NCBI GenBank assembly: GCA_965263355.1
Contig: CBDHHL010000032.1
Span: 864,001-928,000 of the forward strand
From: Leptolyngbyaceae cyanobacterium
Lineage (GTDB): Bacteria > Cyanobacteriota > Cyanobacteriia > Phormidesmidales > Phormidesmidaceae
DNA: 64,000 nucleotides
Direction of reading: 5' to 3'
The translations under genes were made by a program, and so were the position numbers. Below are positions 7,715 through 17,164 of this stretch, one piece after another. The notes below the pieces were generated by a model that was given only the letters and a program-made list of their open reading frames with translations, did no database searches and was not told the DNA's origin. The stretch's first letter is position 1; each line of letters opens with the position of its first letter.

Positions 7715-9739
7715 TTAGACCTTAAAGACACCTTCAGGATTTACCGACATGAGCGGACGACGGGCACTACCTTCCTTGTGTAACACCTCGTTGGCAGCGA
7801 GCAAACCACTGCTAATCGCCCGTTCCATTAAGCCGCAGGGGAATGGCATTTTGACCCAGTCTCCAGCAAACATGAGGTTGGGCACAGCGGTAGCGCTACT
7901 GGGGCGATTGGGATAGCTGCCCGGAGGGAATCCGGCAAAGTTCTTTTGGTTTACCAACTCCTGGTGCAAAATATTAGCACCTTCAAGTGCAGGAACAATT
8001 TTCCAAAGTTCTTGTTTAAACGTATCCAAAAGAGCTTGTTGGGTGGGAAAATCACTCTCTTTATAGCAGTAGGCATGAAGCTCAACAACGCTGCCACCAG
8101 TCTCTTCTGCCCACTTAGTATAATCTCCTTGCACCTTATGATAGAGAGTGATGCTGTCAGTAAGGTCATATCCAGAGAGGGAAGTAAACCAGCTGTATTC
8201 CCAGTCAAAATCACGATCTAACCAAAACCGTCCAACGGCAAATGGGTCGGCCACTTGCAGCCCATTTATCTGAGCCATAACGGTCGGATGGGGATCTCCT
8301 TGGGAGAGGGAAAAGAGATTTTTGATACCAGGAATATCAGCGGCAAAAATAAAGTAGTCAGCGGTTAGATTGTTTACCAGTGTATCGGTATTTTTGACAG
8401 TGGGAGCAGCAATCAACTGGATACGGTTGTGCTCCCGCCTAAGCACCTTAAAGTGGGCTAAATCCTCTTGAGCAGGACCGCTCATCACCTTGCCATCAGT
8501 ATCGTAGGCAGCCCCGTGACAGGGACAGATAAACCCTTTGCCATCGGCGGCAACTGTTTTGTTGACGCTACAGCCTTGATGGGTACAGGTGAGGGAGATC
8601 GCTTGATCGCTGTTGTTTTCTACGACAAATAATCGGTCACCTGCACCATAGTAATTGGTAGTATCGGTGCTGAGGAGGGGGTTGCGATCGCACCAAAATG
8701 GCACCGGATTCACCGCAATATTGCCGTTCTGATAATCAACGCTAGCAATTTTGCCATCGTCCCAATTAATTTGACTGACGGTTACGCCAGTGAGAATGCG
8801 ACCGCCATTGGCCTCAATGGCGGCACTCAGCGGCTCCACCAGACAGCGCCCCATATCTTCACAGGTGCCGTTAAAGGCTAACCCCTCGGGATTACCAAAA
8901 AAGTAAAAATGGAAAAACTGCATTAGCTCACCGGCACTAAGGACATCCGGCGCATTTAAGCTGGACTTAGCAAAGGGCAAAAAGTATAGATCGTACAGCC
9001 CCTTAGGAAACTGACCCTGGCCCCATTCATCCACTGAAAGATGGTCTAGCCGCTCATAGGTCTGGGGCATGCGGAAACTGGTAATCTCCCGAAACACCTC
9101 CAGATGCTTCAAATTGGTCAAATTAATCCCCCAGGTCAGGCGATTTTCTGACGAAACCGCCAGGTCCACAATATTCCAGGGGAAGGACGCGTTACTAGGA
9201 TAGAATGCCTCAGGTTTATAGCCATTTTTGTAGAGAACGGCATAGAAATTAAGGGACCGAAAATTATCCTGGACCTGCAGTTCATCCACCAAACTAAACA
9301 GGTTGTAATACTGGGGAAAAAAGCCATGGAAGCCATGTTCCATTCGCAGCTCATGCTCCCCCACCTGGATCGGCCAGCTAGCAATTTTACCGCCTAATTG
9401 GGGGGCACGCTCCAGCAGGGTAACCGCCACCCCGCGTTTGCTCAGTTCATAGGCAGTGGCCAAACCGGCCAATCCTCCGCCAACGATAACGGCTGTGGTA
9501 GAACGCCCTACTTTGTGAGGTAAATCAAGCCGATCAACTTGATGGAGTGTAGGTTGGGGTTTAGTAAAGCGAGTATAGCCAAGGGTACCGCCAACGGCTC
9601 CAACTCCCAATAGCTTAAGCGCACTCCGTCTTGAGATATCAGAGGTTAGCAGGGTGTCAGGGAATAGATTCATTAAGGAAATAAACGTAATCGGTGAGCG
9701 ATTGGGGTCAATAAAACTGGCCAATAGTGCGGCCATCAA
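7715..9739 (-). CDS. cruE: FAD-dependent carotenoid desaturase/methyltransferase with internal Rieske domain (CruE/CrtU-like); start may be 9673
   Basis: Tat-like SRRSALKLL, GGGLAGL FAD motif, EHGFHGFF, Rieske CTHQGC...CPCHG and a C-terminal FAGDWV...LMERA. Confidence 0.75.
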   Translation of the reverse strand: MMAALLASFIDPNRSPITFISLMNLFPDTLLTSDISRRSALKLLGVGAVGGTLGYTRFTKPQPTLHQVDRLDLPHKVGRSTTAVIVGGGLAGLATAYELSKRGVAVTLLERAPQLGGKIASWPIQVGEHELRMEHGFHGFFPQYYNLFSLVDELQVQDNFRSLNFYAVLYKNGYKPEAFYPSNASFPWNIVDLAVSSENRLTWGINLTNLKHLEVFREITSFRMPQTYERLDHLSVDEWGQGQFPKGLYDLYFLPFAKSSLNAPDVLSAGELMQFFHFYFFGNPEGLAFNGTCEDMGRCLVEPLSAAIEANGGRILTGVTVSQINWDDGKIASVDYQNGNIAVNPVPFWCDRNPLLSTDTTNYYGAGDRLFVVENNSDQAISLTCTHQGCSVNKTVAADGKGFICPCHGAAYDTDGKVMSGPAQEDLAHFKVLRREHNRIQLIAAPTVKNTDTLVNNLTADYFIFAADIPGIKNLFSLSQGDPHPTVMAQINGLQVADPFAVGRFWLDRDFDWEYSWFTSLSGYDLTDSITLYHKVQGDYTKWAEETGGSVVELHAYCYKESDFPTQQALLDTFKQELWKIVPALEGANILHQELVNQKNFAGFPPGSYPNRPSSATAVPNLMFAGDWVKMPFPCGLMERAISSGLLAANEVLHKEGSARRPLMSVNPEGVFKV

Positions 9740-9915
9740 CTATACGGATACCTCAGGTCGGATGGATTGTCCGTATTTAATTTGCTTAAAGAGAATCAAC
9801 GTTAGCCAGGTGTTCAATAAATAAGTATGGTTAGCAGTGCCTTGAGAAGATAGCTATGATAAATCAATTTTGGTACAAATCCTAAACCATAAAGGACGGC
9901 AGCCGTAAAACACTT

Positions 9916-10701
9916 ATGGTCTATTTAATGGCTCAAATTAACCGGTATTGGCAGGAAATTCTAGCCGTTGCTGAGCGTATTCTACTAGAGCTGGTAAGAC
10001 GGCGACGTAGTTTGATTTTTTGGGCCATTTTCCCCACCTTGCTGTTATTTCTCAATGGGGCGATCACGGCGGAGCGGGCTCAGCTAGAACTGGCAGAGGC
10101 CTTGGCGATTGTTGCACCCCCCACGCTGGTGGGGGCGGCACTATTTTTTAGCTGCTTAGGGGGTAGTGTGGCGACGGTCGTCGCTGAGCGTGAGCAAAAT
10201 ACGCTGAAACGGTTATTTCTTTCGCCGCTGCGGGGGGTGTCCTATTTTCTGGGCATTGTGCTTGCCCATAGTGCCATTGGATTGGGGCAGACGTTACTGG
10301 TGTTTGCGATCGCACTCTTCTGGGGCGCTACATTTCCCGGTTCATGGCCCCTGGCGATGCTAATCATTTTGCTGAGTATTCTTACCTATGTGGGGGTGGG
10401 GTTTATCTTGGGCACCCAGTTTGCCCGCCGCACCGAGGATGTCAATGCATTGGTCGCGGCCTTTGGGGTGCCGTTGTTGATTTTGGGCGGTGCCTTTATG
10501 CCCACGTCTATTTTTCCTGACTCCTTGCTACGGCTGGCCCGGTTTAACCCTATTTTTCATATGACCGAAGCGTTAACCTTAACCATGGCCGGTGAACCGG
10601 CAGGGGAACATCTGGGTTTTCTGAGCTTATTTGCCTTAGCGATGGTGGTTAGTGGCTGGTTGTCCTATCGGCGTATGCTGCGTCTGGAGCGGCAGCTTTA
10701 A
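9916..10701 (+). CDS. ABC-2 type transporter permease
   Basis: Six TM segments, EREQNTLKRLFLSP and LGGAFMP...NPIFH motifs. Confidence 0.9.
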   Translation: MVYLMAQINRYWQEILAVAERILLELVRRRRSLIFWAIFPTLLLFLNGAITAERAQLELAEALAIVAPPTLVGAALFFSCLGGSVATVVAEREQNTLKRLFLSPLRGVSYFLGIVLAHSAIGLGQTLLVFAIALFWGATFPGSWPLAMLIILLSILTYVGVGFILGTQFARRTEDVNALVAAFGVPLLILGGAFMPTSIFPDSLLRLARFNPIFHMTEALTLTMAGEPAGEHLGFLSLFALAMVVSGWLSYRRMLRLERQL

Positions 10702-10776
10702 CAAACGGCGAGTTAAGGCACTGCCCTTACATCAGCCTTGATGTTATAACCAAACTGTTGCCCTAAATCTTGCAAT

Positions 10777-11382
10777 TTGGTTATGCCTAAGGTTTTAGAT
10801 CCCCAAGCGAGTTATACCTTCCACTCATATTTCGAGATGCGGTACAACGTTGCTGATATCCTGGCAGATTTGGGGTTTAACTATGATCGACGTTATCTGA
10901 ATTTGCCTCAAAACGGACGTTCTCTTAATACCACACGCATTGAAGAAACTTTACAGCGTAATCTCCGCTATGCCGAACCGTCTAGCGAAGCAGCACGGCG
11001 CGAATTGTTGATTGCACCTGTTTTGGTAGAGCTGTGTGAACTGTTGGATGCCCGTTTGGATATTGAATACCCGATTAAGGTATCCAATTGGTTAAAGGGG
11101 TCAATTGATTATCGGGTAGTGACGGCCAATACGATCACGATTGTTGAAGCAAAGCAGGCAGACTTAACCCATGGGTTTGTACAACTGGCGGCGGAGTTGA
11201 TTGCGCTAGATAAGTGGATTGATGAAGATTTGCCGTTGTTGTATGGGGCAGTGACCACAGGAGAAGATTGGCGGTTTGGAATTTTAGATCGCGAAGCGAA
11301 ACAGGTCACCCAGGATATTGCCTTGTATCGTGCGCCTGAAAATGTAGAGACGTTATTGCGAGTATTGATGGCGGTTGCTTAG
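10777..11382 (+). CDS. PD-(D/E)XK-fold protein (HsdR N-terminal-like), cyanobacterial multicopy family
   Basis: SEAARRELLIAPVL...GSIDY...IVEAK...YGAVTTGEDWRFG. Confidence 0.7.
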   Translation: MVMPKVLDPQASYTFHSYFEMRYNVADILADLGFNYDRRYLNLPQNGRSLNTTRIEETLQRNLRYAEPSSEAARRELLIAPVLVELCELLDARLDIEYPIKVSNWLKGSIDYRVVTANTITIVEAKQADLTHGFVQLAAELIALDKWIDEDLPLLYGAVTTGEDWRFGILDREAKQVTQDIALYRAPENVETLLRVLMAVA

Positions 11383-11458
11383 ATTTGTGCATCCTACCCA
11401 ACTTCGACAGCTAAAATATGCCTGGAGCTAATCTATGACCTAGAGCAGTAGCAATCCC

Positions 11459-12085
11459 ATGACACGTCCGCCAATTTTAGATAAAACTCAAAGCTATACA
11501 TTTAGCAAGTATTTTGAGCTAATGGCTGATCCGGAGGATATTTTTGCGGAGTTAGGGGCTAGCTTTAAAAAACAAGCCTTGCAATTACCGACTGCATCGG
11601 AGAAATTAGATTTCTTACCAGCTCTCGAAAAGAGACTTTTACAGACGCTTGAGTTGGTTGATTTAACGAGTGAAATGGCACGTCGTGAGACTCTGATTGC
11701 GCCTGTTTTATTAGAGGTTTGCGCACAAACCCATCAGCCGTTAAAAATTGAGTATGCAGTCGATGTCAGCAAATGGCTACGGGGTAGCTTGGATTATTTT
11801 ATTCCCGGTGCGCAAAATCTATTAATTATTGAGGCGAAACAGGCAGATTTGGCGCGAGGGTTTGTGCAACTAGGGGCAGAGTTGATTGCGCTAGATCAGT
11901 GGACGACATCGAATCAGCCTTTGCTGTACGGGGCGATTACAACGGGAGATGCCTGGAAATTTGGCTGTTTTGAACGGGCAGATAAAATACTACGGCAAGA
12001 TATTGGTTTGTATGCAGTCCCATCTGACTTAAAGCAGGTGGTGGCTATTTTACTCGGGATTATTCAAGGTCATGCGTCAGCGTAA
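11459..12085 (+). CDS. PD-(D/E)XK-fold protein, tandem paralog of 10777..11382
   Basis: SEMARRETLIAPVL...GSLDY...IIEAKQADL...YGAITTGDAWKFG. Confidence 0.7.
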   Translation: MTRPPILDKTQSYTFSKYFELMADPEDIFAELGASFKKQALQLPTASEKLDFLPALEKRLLQTLELVDLTSEMARRETLIAPVLLEVCAQTHQPLKIEYAVDVSKWLRGSLDYFIPGAQNLLIIEAKQADLARGFVQLGAELIALDQWTTSNQPLLYGAITTGDAWKFGCFERADKILRQDIGLYAVPSDLKQVVAILLGIIQGHASA

Positions 12086-12135
12086 TCATGTCCACAGGTA
12101 ATATTATCTCCTACCCAATGGCTAAAGTTGTTTAT

Positions 12136-12534
12136 CTACACCCAATTTTCAACAGTTAGTCCAGGTACACGGAGAAACTCTTTTTCATTGTTGGTAATCA
12201 AGTTAATACCTAGACTGAGTGCTTGAGCGGCGATCAGAAAATCTAAGGGGCCAATAGGTGTACCCTTTTTCTCAAGTTGAGCACGAATCGAGCCATAGGT
12301 TTGCGCAGCAGCCATGTCGAAATCGATGATTTCTAACGGTAGTAAAAACTGATCTAACGCAGCTTGATTTTTGTCTGGTTGCTGACTTTTTTGAGTGCCA
12401 TGGGTGAGTTCAGAGACGGTAATAGTAGACACGCCAATATCCCCAACTTCACAGGCTCGAAAACGGTCAAAAACTTCAGGTGGTTTACGTTTGATGATGT
12501 AGATGCAAATGTTGGTGTCGAGTAGATATTTCAT
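12136..12534 (-). CDS. vapC: VapC PIN-domain toxin
   Basis: MKYLLDTNICIY, GTPIGPLDFLIAAQA and LITNNEKEF. Confidence 0.95.
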   Translation of the reverse strand: MKYLLDTNICIYIIKRKPPEVFDRFRACEVGDIGVSTITVSELTHGTQKSQQPDKNQAALDQFLLPLEIIDFDMAAAQTYGSIRAQLEKKGTPIGPLDFLIAAQALSLGINLITNNEKEFLRVPGLTVENWV

Positions 12535-12657
12535 ACACCGTCTAAGTAGAAATGATGTGTCAGGCGTACCCTAGCCCCTCTGGGGCGACCGTGCCAACGA
12601 CTCCGCTCGGTAGTACGTTGGTTGCTAGCTTTGACTCCGCTCAGCTAGCAGACTTAT
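12535..12657. repeat. REP-like hairpin insert between vapB and vapC
   Basis: Two GACTCCGCTC-cored hairpins (CCAACG..CGTTGG; GCTAGC..GCTAGC) and GCCCC-TCT-GGGGC. Confidence 0.55.
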
Positions 12658-12891
12658 CTATTCAAATAGGTCTTCGCGTTCTTGATGTTCAGGCTGTTCT
12701 CGGTCTTCCATAAAGTCATCGGAAAATTGCTCGACGCTATCGATCAGTAACTGCCAGGGATTTTGGTAGGGCAGGAGTACTACGGCATTACCTACTCGTT
12801 TGATGTAAACCTGATCGCCTTCAAATCGAAATGATTTGGGTAACCGAACGGCTTGACTTTGACCATTTTGAAATAGTTTTGCTGTGTTCAT
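12658..12891 (-). CDS. vapB: VapB (AbrB/VagC-type) antitoxin
   Basis: TAKLFQNGQSQAVRLPKSFRFEG. Confidence 0.95.
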   Translation of the reverse strand: MNTAKLFQNGQSQAVRLPKSFRFEGDQVYIKRVGNAVVLLPYQNPWQLLIDSVEQFSDDFMEDREQPEHQEREDLFE

Positions 12892-12947
12892 AGTTGGGCT
12901 GAGTATATATTTTAAGTGTATATTTTCTATGGGTATTTGGTGTTTGA

Positions 12948-13070
12948 ATACCAGATCCGAGTTTATTAAACCCGATTAAAGATAGCCAACCCTGTGGGGG
13001 CATTGGGGATGCTCCATTTCTGTGTGGCTCTAATATTATGTGCCTGTAGGGGCATTGGGGATATCCTGAA
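12948..13070. repeat. Partial copy of the 847-953 element plus two CCTGTRGGGGCATTGGGGA units
   Basis: ATACCAGATCCGAGTTTATTAAACCCGATTAAA here versus ATACCAAATCCGAATTTATTAAACCCGATTAAA at 847. Confidence 0.75.
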
Positions 13071-13118
13071 ATATAGGCTTAAATAGAGGAAAATTGATGG
13101 TTCTTTTCCTGGAAAGTC

Positions 13119-15998
13119 GTGTCCCAATCTTTTTTTCTCGGTCGTACTCAAGAGCAAGATCAGTTTCGGCGGGTGCTGGAGCAATATGTGCCGCTGTCAT
13201 GGGCGCAGCGGCAGTTGCCAACCCTTTCGCGTCCCTTTACTAAGGTCCGTAGTCTGCCGGAGCACCCCTATATTTTCTTAGTGTACGGCCCAGGTGGTAT
13301 GGGTAAGACTACGTTGACCAAACGATTAACTTGGCTCGCGGATAAAGAATTTAAGCACCAATTTCAAACTGTTTTTCTAGACTGGGAGCGCGAACAAGGG
13401 CTAGAGCCACGGTTGCGGGAGGGATATGACAATATTCAGCCAGAAACAATACTTGATATTCTGCACAAGCAACTGGAAAAACAGCTTTCTAATTATACGG
13501 GTAAGACCTATAGTACAGCCCGTGAGAAGTTACGCGAAGTTGAAAGCAAGGTGGAAAAGGCACTACAAAGTCAGACACCAGAGCAGGGGCTGAATAATGA
13601 TGTACTGAAGTTAGGTGGAAAAGGCATTGCCTGGATTATTCGCCAGCAGACAGGGCTAAATCTGGTCAAACCAGAGGATATTGAACGGGTTCTTAAAGTA
13701 AGTGCTGAGGGACTACACCAGATAACACGATTTGTTGATAAAGCATTAGATTCAGAGGAGCGCATCTTATATCAACAACCCCATGAGCAGCTGGCTGAGA
13801 CCTTGGGGAAAGAAATTCAGAAAATTAGTCAGCGGCAATCACTTGTATTATTTCTGGATACTTACGAAATTGTAGATCGCCGAGCCTGTGACTATACGCT
13901 GCGTCAGGTGATCCGCACAGCTGGTAATAGAGCGATTTGGGTAATTTCAGGGCGTTCAAATTTAGCAGAGAGTGGGCGACGGGGAGATCGACCATTTAAT
14001 GGCTACAGTCGTGATTTTTCAGGAGATTGTTTATCGGTCAATAAACTAAACGAGTTTAGTCGTCAGGAGGTGAATGACTATTTTAACCATATGGTGCCAG
14101 ATAAACCTCTAGATGACGACCAAGCTCAAGCAGTTGCTGACTTTAGCCAAGGCATCCCATTTGTGGTGGATAGAGCGGCTGTGATGTATCGTGAAGGCAA
14201 GCCAATTGAAGAGATCGTTGAACCTGTTACCGCTGAGCTAGGAAAGACGACTGCCCGAGATGCAGTGATTCGAGCGACGTGTGAGCGTTTTTTAGTGCAT
14301 TGCTTTGAGCAATCAGATGAGGCAAATAAACAAAACGATCTGCGGGTAATTTATGCCTTAGCGATGATGCGTCGTCCCTATGCGGAGCTGCTGCGGGAGA
14401 TGGTAGACGAGGCGAACAGCCTGGAAAATCGACTGGAAATATTGCAGGAACGGTATGGATTTTTAGAAGTGGAAGAAATTCATCTAGATGAAAAGCTGGC
14501 TAACTTTTTGCGAGATTATTTGCGTCAAGAGGTCCGACGAACTGATCCATTAGTACAAGCAATTAATGAGACTGCCATCGCATGGTTAGATTTAAAGCTT
14601 GAGTCTACCAGTAAAGGCATTACGGATACGGCTGATTTATATACGGAAGAAAGTTTGTCCGAGCTGATGCTGGATCGGGTGCATCATGCATTTTGGCAAG
14701 GAGAAGAGACCTTTTGGCGTTATTTTGTACCTCGATTTATTGAGGCGTGGCAGTACAGCCAGACTTGGGCGCAGCGGGCACTAGAGGTGGCAGATACATT
14801 TGCGCTAAACAATAAAGATGGTCAAAAAAGGCTGCAGTGGATGGCGGCTGTCTTAAACAAGGAAACACGATTAGAGGCGACACCTAAATTATTAGATGAC
14901 CTGGTAAGAGTAGAACGCCGTCAATGGTTGCAGCCTGAACACAGTCTAATTTTGCAGTTTCAGCACGGGCGTTTGTATTACTTGCAAGATCAAAATCAGC
15001 TTGCTTTGAACAGCTACTCTAGTCTAGAAAATAAGTTGTTGTCAGACACCCAACAATTGAAACAAGATTTAGCTGAGGCACTCTATTTTCTTAGTGGAGA
15101 ATTTATTTGGCCGAATGGGGCTACAGACGCCGTTTATTCAGAACCTGGAGAAATTGCTATTCGAAACTCATTAGCATTGCATCCTAAGCCAATGAGTTCT
15201 TATTACTATCGTCAGGCAGCAGTTTTACATAGTGCAAAACGCTATACAGAGGCAGTTTCAAGTTTTAAACAAGCGATTCAAATTGATCCATCTGATGCAC
15301 AAAGCTACTATGGTTTGGGTGTAACGTACAACGCTCAGAAACGCTATGACGACGCGATCGCAAGTTACCAGAAAGCGATTGAGATAGACCCGTCCTATGC
15401 AACGGCTCACAACAATTTGGGGAGTACGTACAACGATCAGAAACGCTATGACGACGCGATCGCAAGTTACCAGAAAGCGATTGAGATAGACCCGTCCGAT
15501 GCAATGGCTCACAACAATTTGGGGAATACGTACAACGATCAGAAACGCTATGACGACGCGATCGCAAGTTACCAGAAAGCGATTGAGCTAGACCCGTCCT
15601 ATGCAACGGCTCACAACAATTTGGGGATTACGTACAACGCTCAGAAACGCTATGACGACGCGATCGCAAGTTACCAGAAAGCGATTGAGATAGACCCGTC
15701 CGATGCAAAGGCTCACTACAATTTGGGGATTACGTACAAAGCTCAGAAACGCTATGACGACGCGATCGCAAGTTACCAGAAAGCGATTGAGATAGACCCG
15801 TCCGATGCAATGGCTCACAACAATTTGGGGATTACGTACAATGATCAGAAACGCTATGACGACGCGATCGCAAGTTACCAGAAAGCGATTGAGCTAGACC
15901 CGTCCGATGCAAAGGCTCACAACAATTTGGGGATACGTACAACGCTCAGAAACGCTATGACGACGCGATCGCAAGTTACCAGAAAGCGATTGAGATAG
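13119..15998 (+). CDS. STAND-type P-loop NTPase with C-terminal TPR array (NLR-like); frameshifted at about 15933, intact gene would run to about 16947
   Basis: FLGR pre-motif, Walker A GPGGMGKT, Walker B LVLFLDTYE, GxP motif (QGIPF), followed by 34-aa TPRs. Confidence 0.85.
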   Translation: MSQSFFLGRTQEQDQFRRVLEQYVPLSWAQRQLPTLSRPFTKVRSLPEHPYIFLVYGPGGMGKTTLTKRLTWLADKEFKHQFQTVFLDWEREQGLEPRLREGYDNIQPETILDILHKQLEKQLSNYTGKTYSTAREKLREVESKVEKALQSQTPEQGLNNDVLKLGGKGIAWIIRQQTGLNLVKPEDIERVLKVSAEGLHQITRFVDKALDSEERILYQQPHEQLAETLGKEIQKISQRQSLVLFLDTYEIVDRRACDYTLRQVIRTAGNRAIWVISGRSNLAESGRRGDRPFNGYSRDFSGDCLSVNKLNEFSRQEVNDYFNHMVPDKPLDDDQAQAVADFSQGIPFVVDRAAVMYREGKPIEEIVEPVTAELGKTTARDAVIRATCERFLVHCFEQSDEANKQNDLRVIYALAMMRRPYAELLREMVDEANSLENRLEILQERYGFLEVEEIHLDEKLANFLRDYLRQEVRRTDPLVQAINETAIAWLDLKLESTSKGITDTADLYTEESLSELMLDRVHHAFWQGEETFWRYFVPRFIEAWQYSQTWAQRALEVADTFALNNKDGQKRLQWMAAVLNKETRLEATPKLLDDLVRVERRQWLQPEHSLILQFQHGRLYYLQDQNQLALNSYSSLENKLLSDTQQLKQDLAEALYFLSGEFIWPNGATDAVYSEPGEIAIRNSLALHPKPMSSYYYRQAAVLHSAKRYTEAVSSFKQAIQIDPSDAQSYYGLGVTYNAQKRYDDAIASYQKAIEIDPSYATAHNNLGSTYNDQKRYDDAIASYQKAIEIDPSDAMAHNNLGNTYNDQKRYDDAIASYQKAIELDPSYATAHNNLGITYNAQKRYDDAIASYQKAIEIDPSDAKAHYNLGITYKAQKRYDDAIASYQKAIEIDPSDAMAHNNLGITYNDQKRYDDAIASYQKAIELDPSDAKAHNNLGIRTTLRNAMTTRSQVTRKRLR

Positions 15999-16245
15999 AC
16001 CCGTCCGATGCAACGGCTCACAACAATTTGGGGATTACGTACAACGCTCAGAAACGCTATGACGACGCGATCGCAAGTTACCAGAAAGCGATTGAGATAG
16101 ACCCGTCCGATGCAACGGCTCACAACAATTTGGGGATTACGTACAACGCTCAGAAACGCTATGACGACGCGATCGCAAGTTACCAGAAAGCGATTGAGAT
16201 AGACCCGTCCGATGCAACGGCTCACAACAATTTGGGGAGTACGTA
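15324..16245 (+). repeat. About 9 near-identical 102-bp tandem repeats encoding TPR units, each with a HIP1 site
   Basis: GACGACGCGATCGCAAGTTACCAGAAAGCG occurs at 15348, 15450, 15552, 15654, 15756, 15858, 15959, 16061 and 16163. Confidence 0.97.
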
Positions 16246-16947
16246 TGAAGACGCTATGACGAAGCGATCGCTACCAAAAATTGAAGCTTATTGATTGAGC
16301 TCCCTATGCCTATCCTCATCGTAATTTAGGGGATGTTTATAAGGCACTTGAACAATATGAGGATGCGATCTCAAGTTACCAGAAAGCGATTGACTTAGAC
16401 CCTGACAAGCCTATTTTGAACTAGAATTAGGTAATGTATTGACCTATCACGGACAGTATGAGGATGCGATCTCAAGCTACCAAAAAGCCATTGAACTCAA
16501 TCCAGAATATGATTATGCCCATGATCGACTCGGCTGGGTTTCCTGTTAGATAATCAACTAGACAAGGCTAAACAAAGCTTTTGAGAAAGCTATTGAGATA
16601 GATGACAACAGATGTTAGTTCAAATTCAACTTAGTTATTTACCTACGACAAAACAATAACAATCTTGAAAAAGCACATGAACTATGGCAACAAGGCTTAG
16701 AATTAGTTGATGAAGATAGAGATTGGATAAAGCTCGTTCCCGTGCACTTTTACACATTTATCCTAGGCAAAAACAGAACAAGGCATGACTCATATGCAAT
16801 CCTAATAGTGCTAAGGTAGACATTGCAGCCTTAGAAAATGCCCTTGGCGATGCAGAAATCCTTGCCACCTGTCCTCAGCCCCCTGACCGCATCCAAGATA
16901 TGATTACCCTCCTCCGCAATGCCATCGCCCAACCATCAACCCAATAA
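15999..16947 (+). pseudogene. Out-of-frame continuation of the NTPase-TPR gene with multiple indels
   Basis: TPR fragments in shifting frames (HRNLGDVYKALEQYEDAISSYQKAIDLDP; GQYEDAISSYQKAIELNPEYDYAHDRLGW), ending ...LLRNAIAQPSTQ* at 16947. Could be sequencing error. Confidence 0.65.
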
Positions 16948-17101
16948 AACGATGAATGTCGAATTCATTGGGTTGATCAAAGCACAGGCAACAGCAAAGA
17001 TTTTGGTAGGGTAGCAACCCAACCTACACATACTGCATTCTAAATTCCCATCTGTTAAAATTACCGATTACCCCTCCCCCCAACATTTCACAATTTGTTT
17101 C

Positions 17102-17130
17102 TTGACTCCCTAGATCAACTGCTCTACCGT
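17102..17130 (+). promoter_or_regulatory. Sigma70-type promoter TTGACT-N17-TACCGT overlapped by the imperfect palindrome TAGATCAACTGCTCTA (possible LexA-like operator)
   Basis: Hexamers and spacing read directly; the operator identity is inference. Confidence 0.5.
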
Positions 17131-17164
17131 AAACAACAGGTCCACGAGACCTTCAGAACTCAAC

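Noticed and set aside
15258..16225. Minus-strand repeated ORFs (e.g. ...CIGRVYLNRFLVTCDRVV...)
   Set aside because: They are antisense shadows of the TPR repeats.
15324..16245. CRISPR array
   Set aside because: There are no unique spacers; the 102-bp period is an in-frame TPR, and no cas genes are present.
15324..16245. Diversity-generating retroelement target (six of seven variable sites have an A allele)
   Set aside because: No reverse transcriptase or separate template repeat is in the window, most adenines are invariant, and one site is T/G. Repeat recombination is the simpler explanation.
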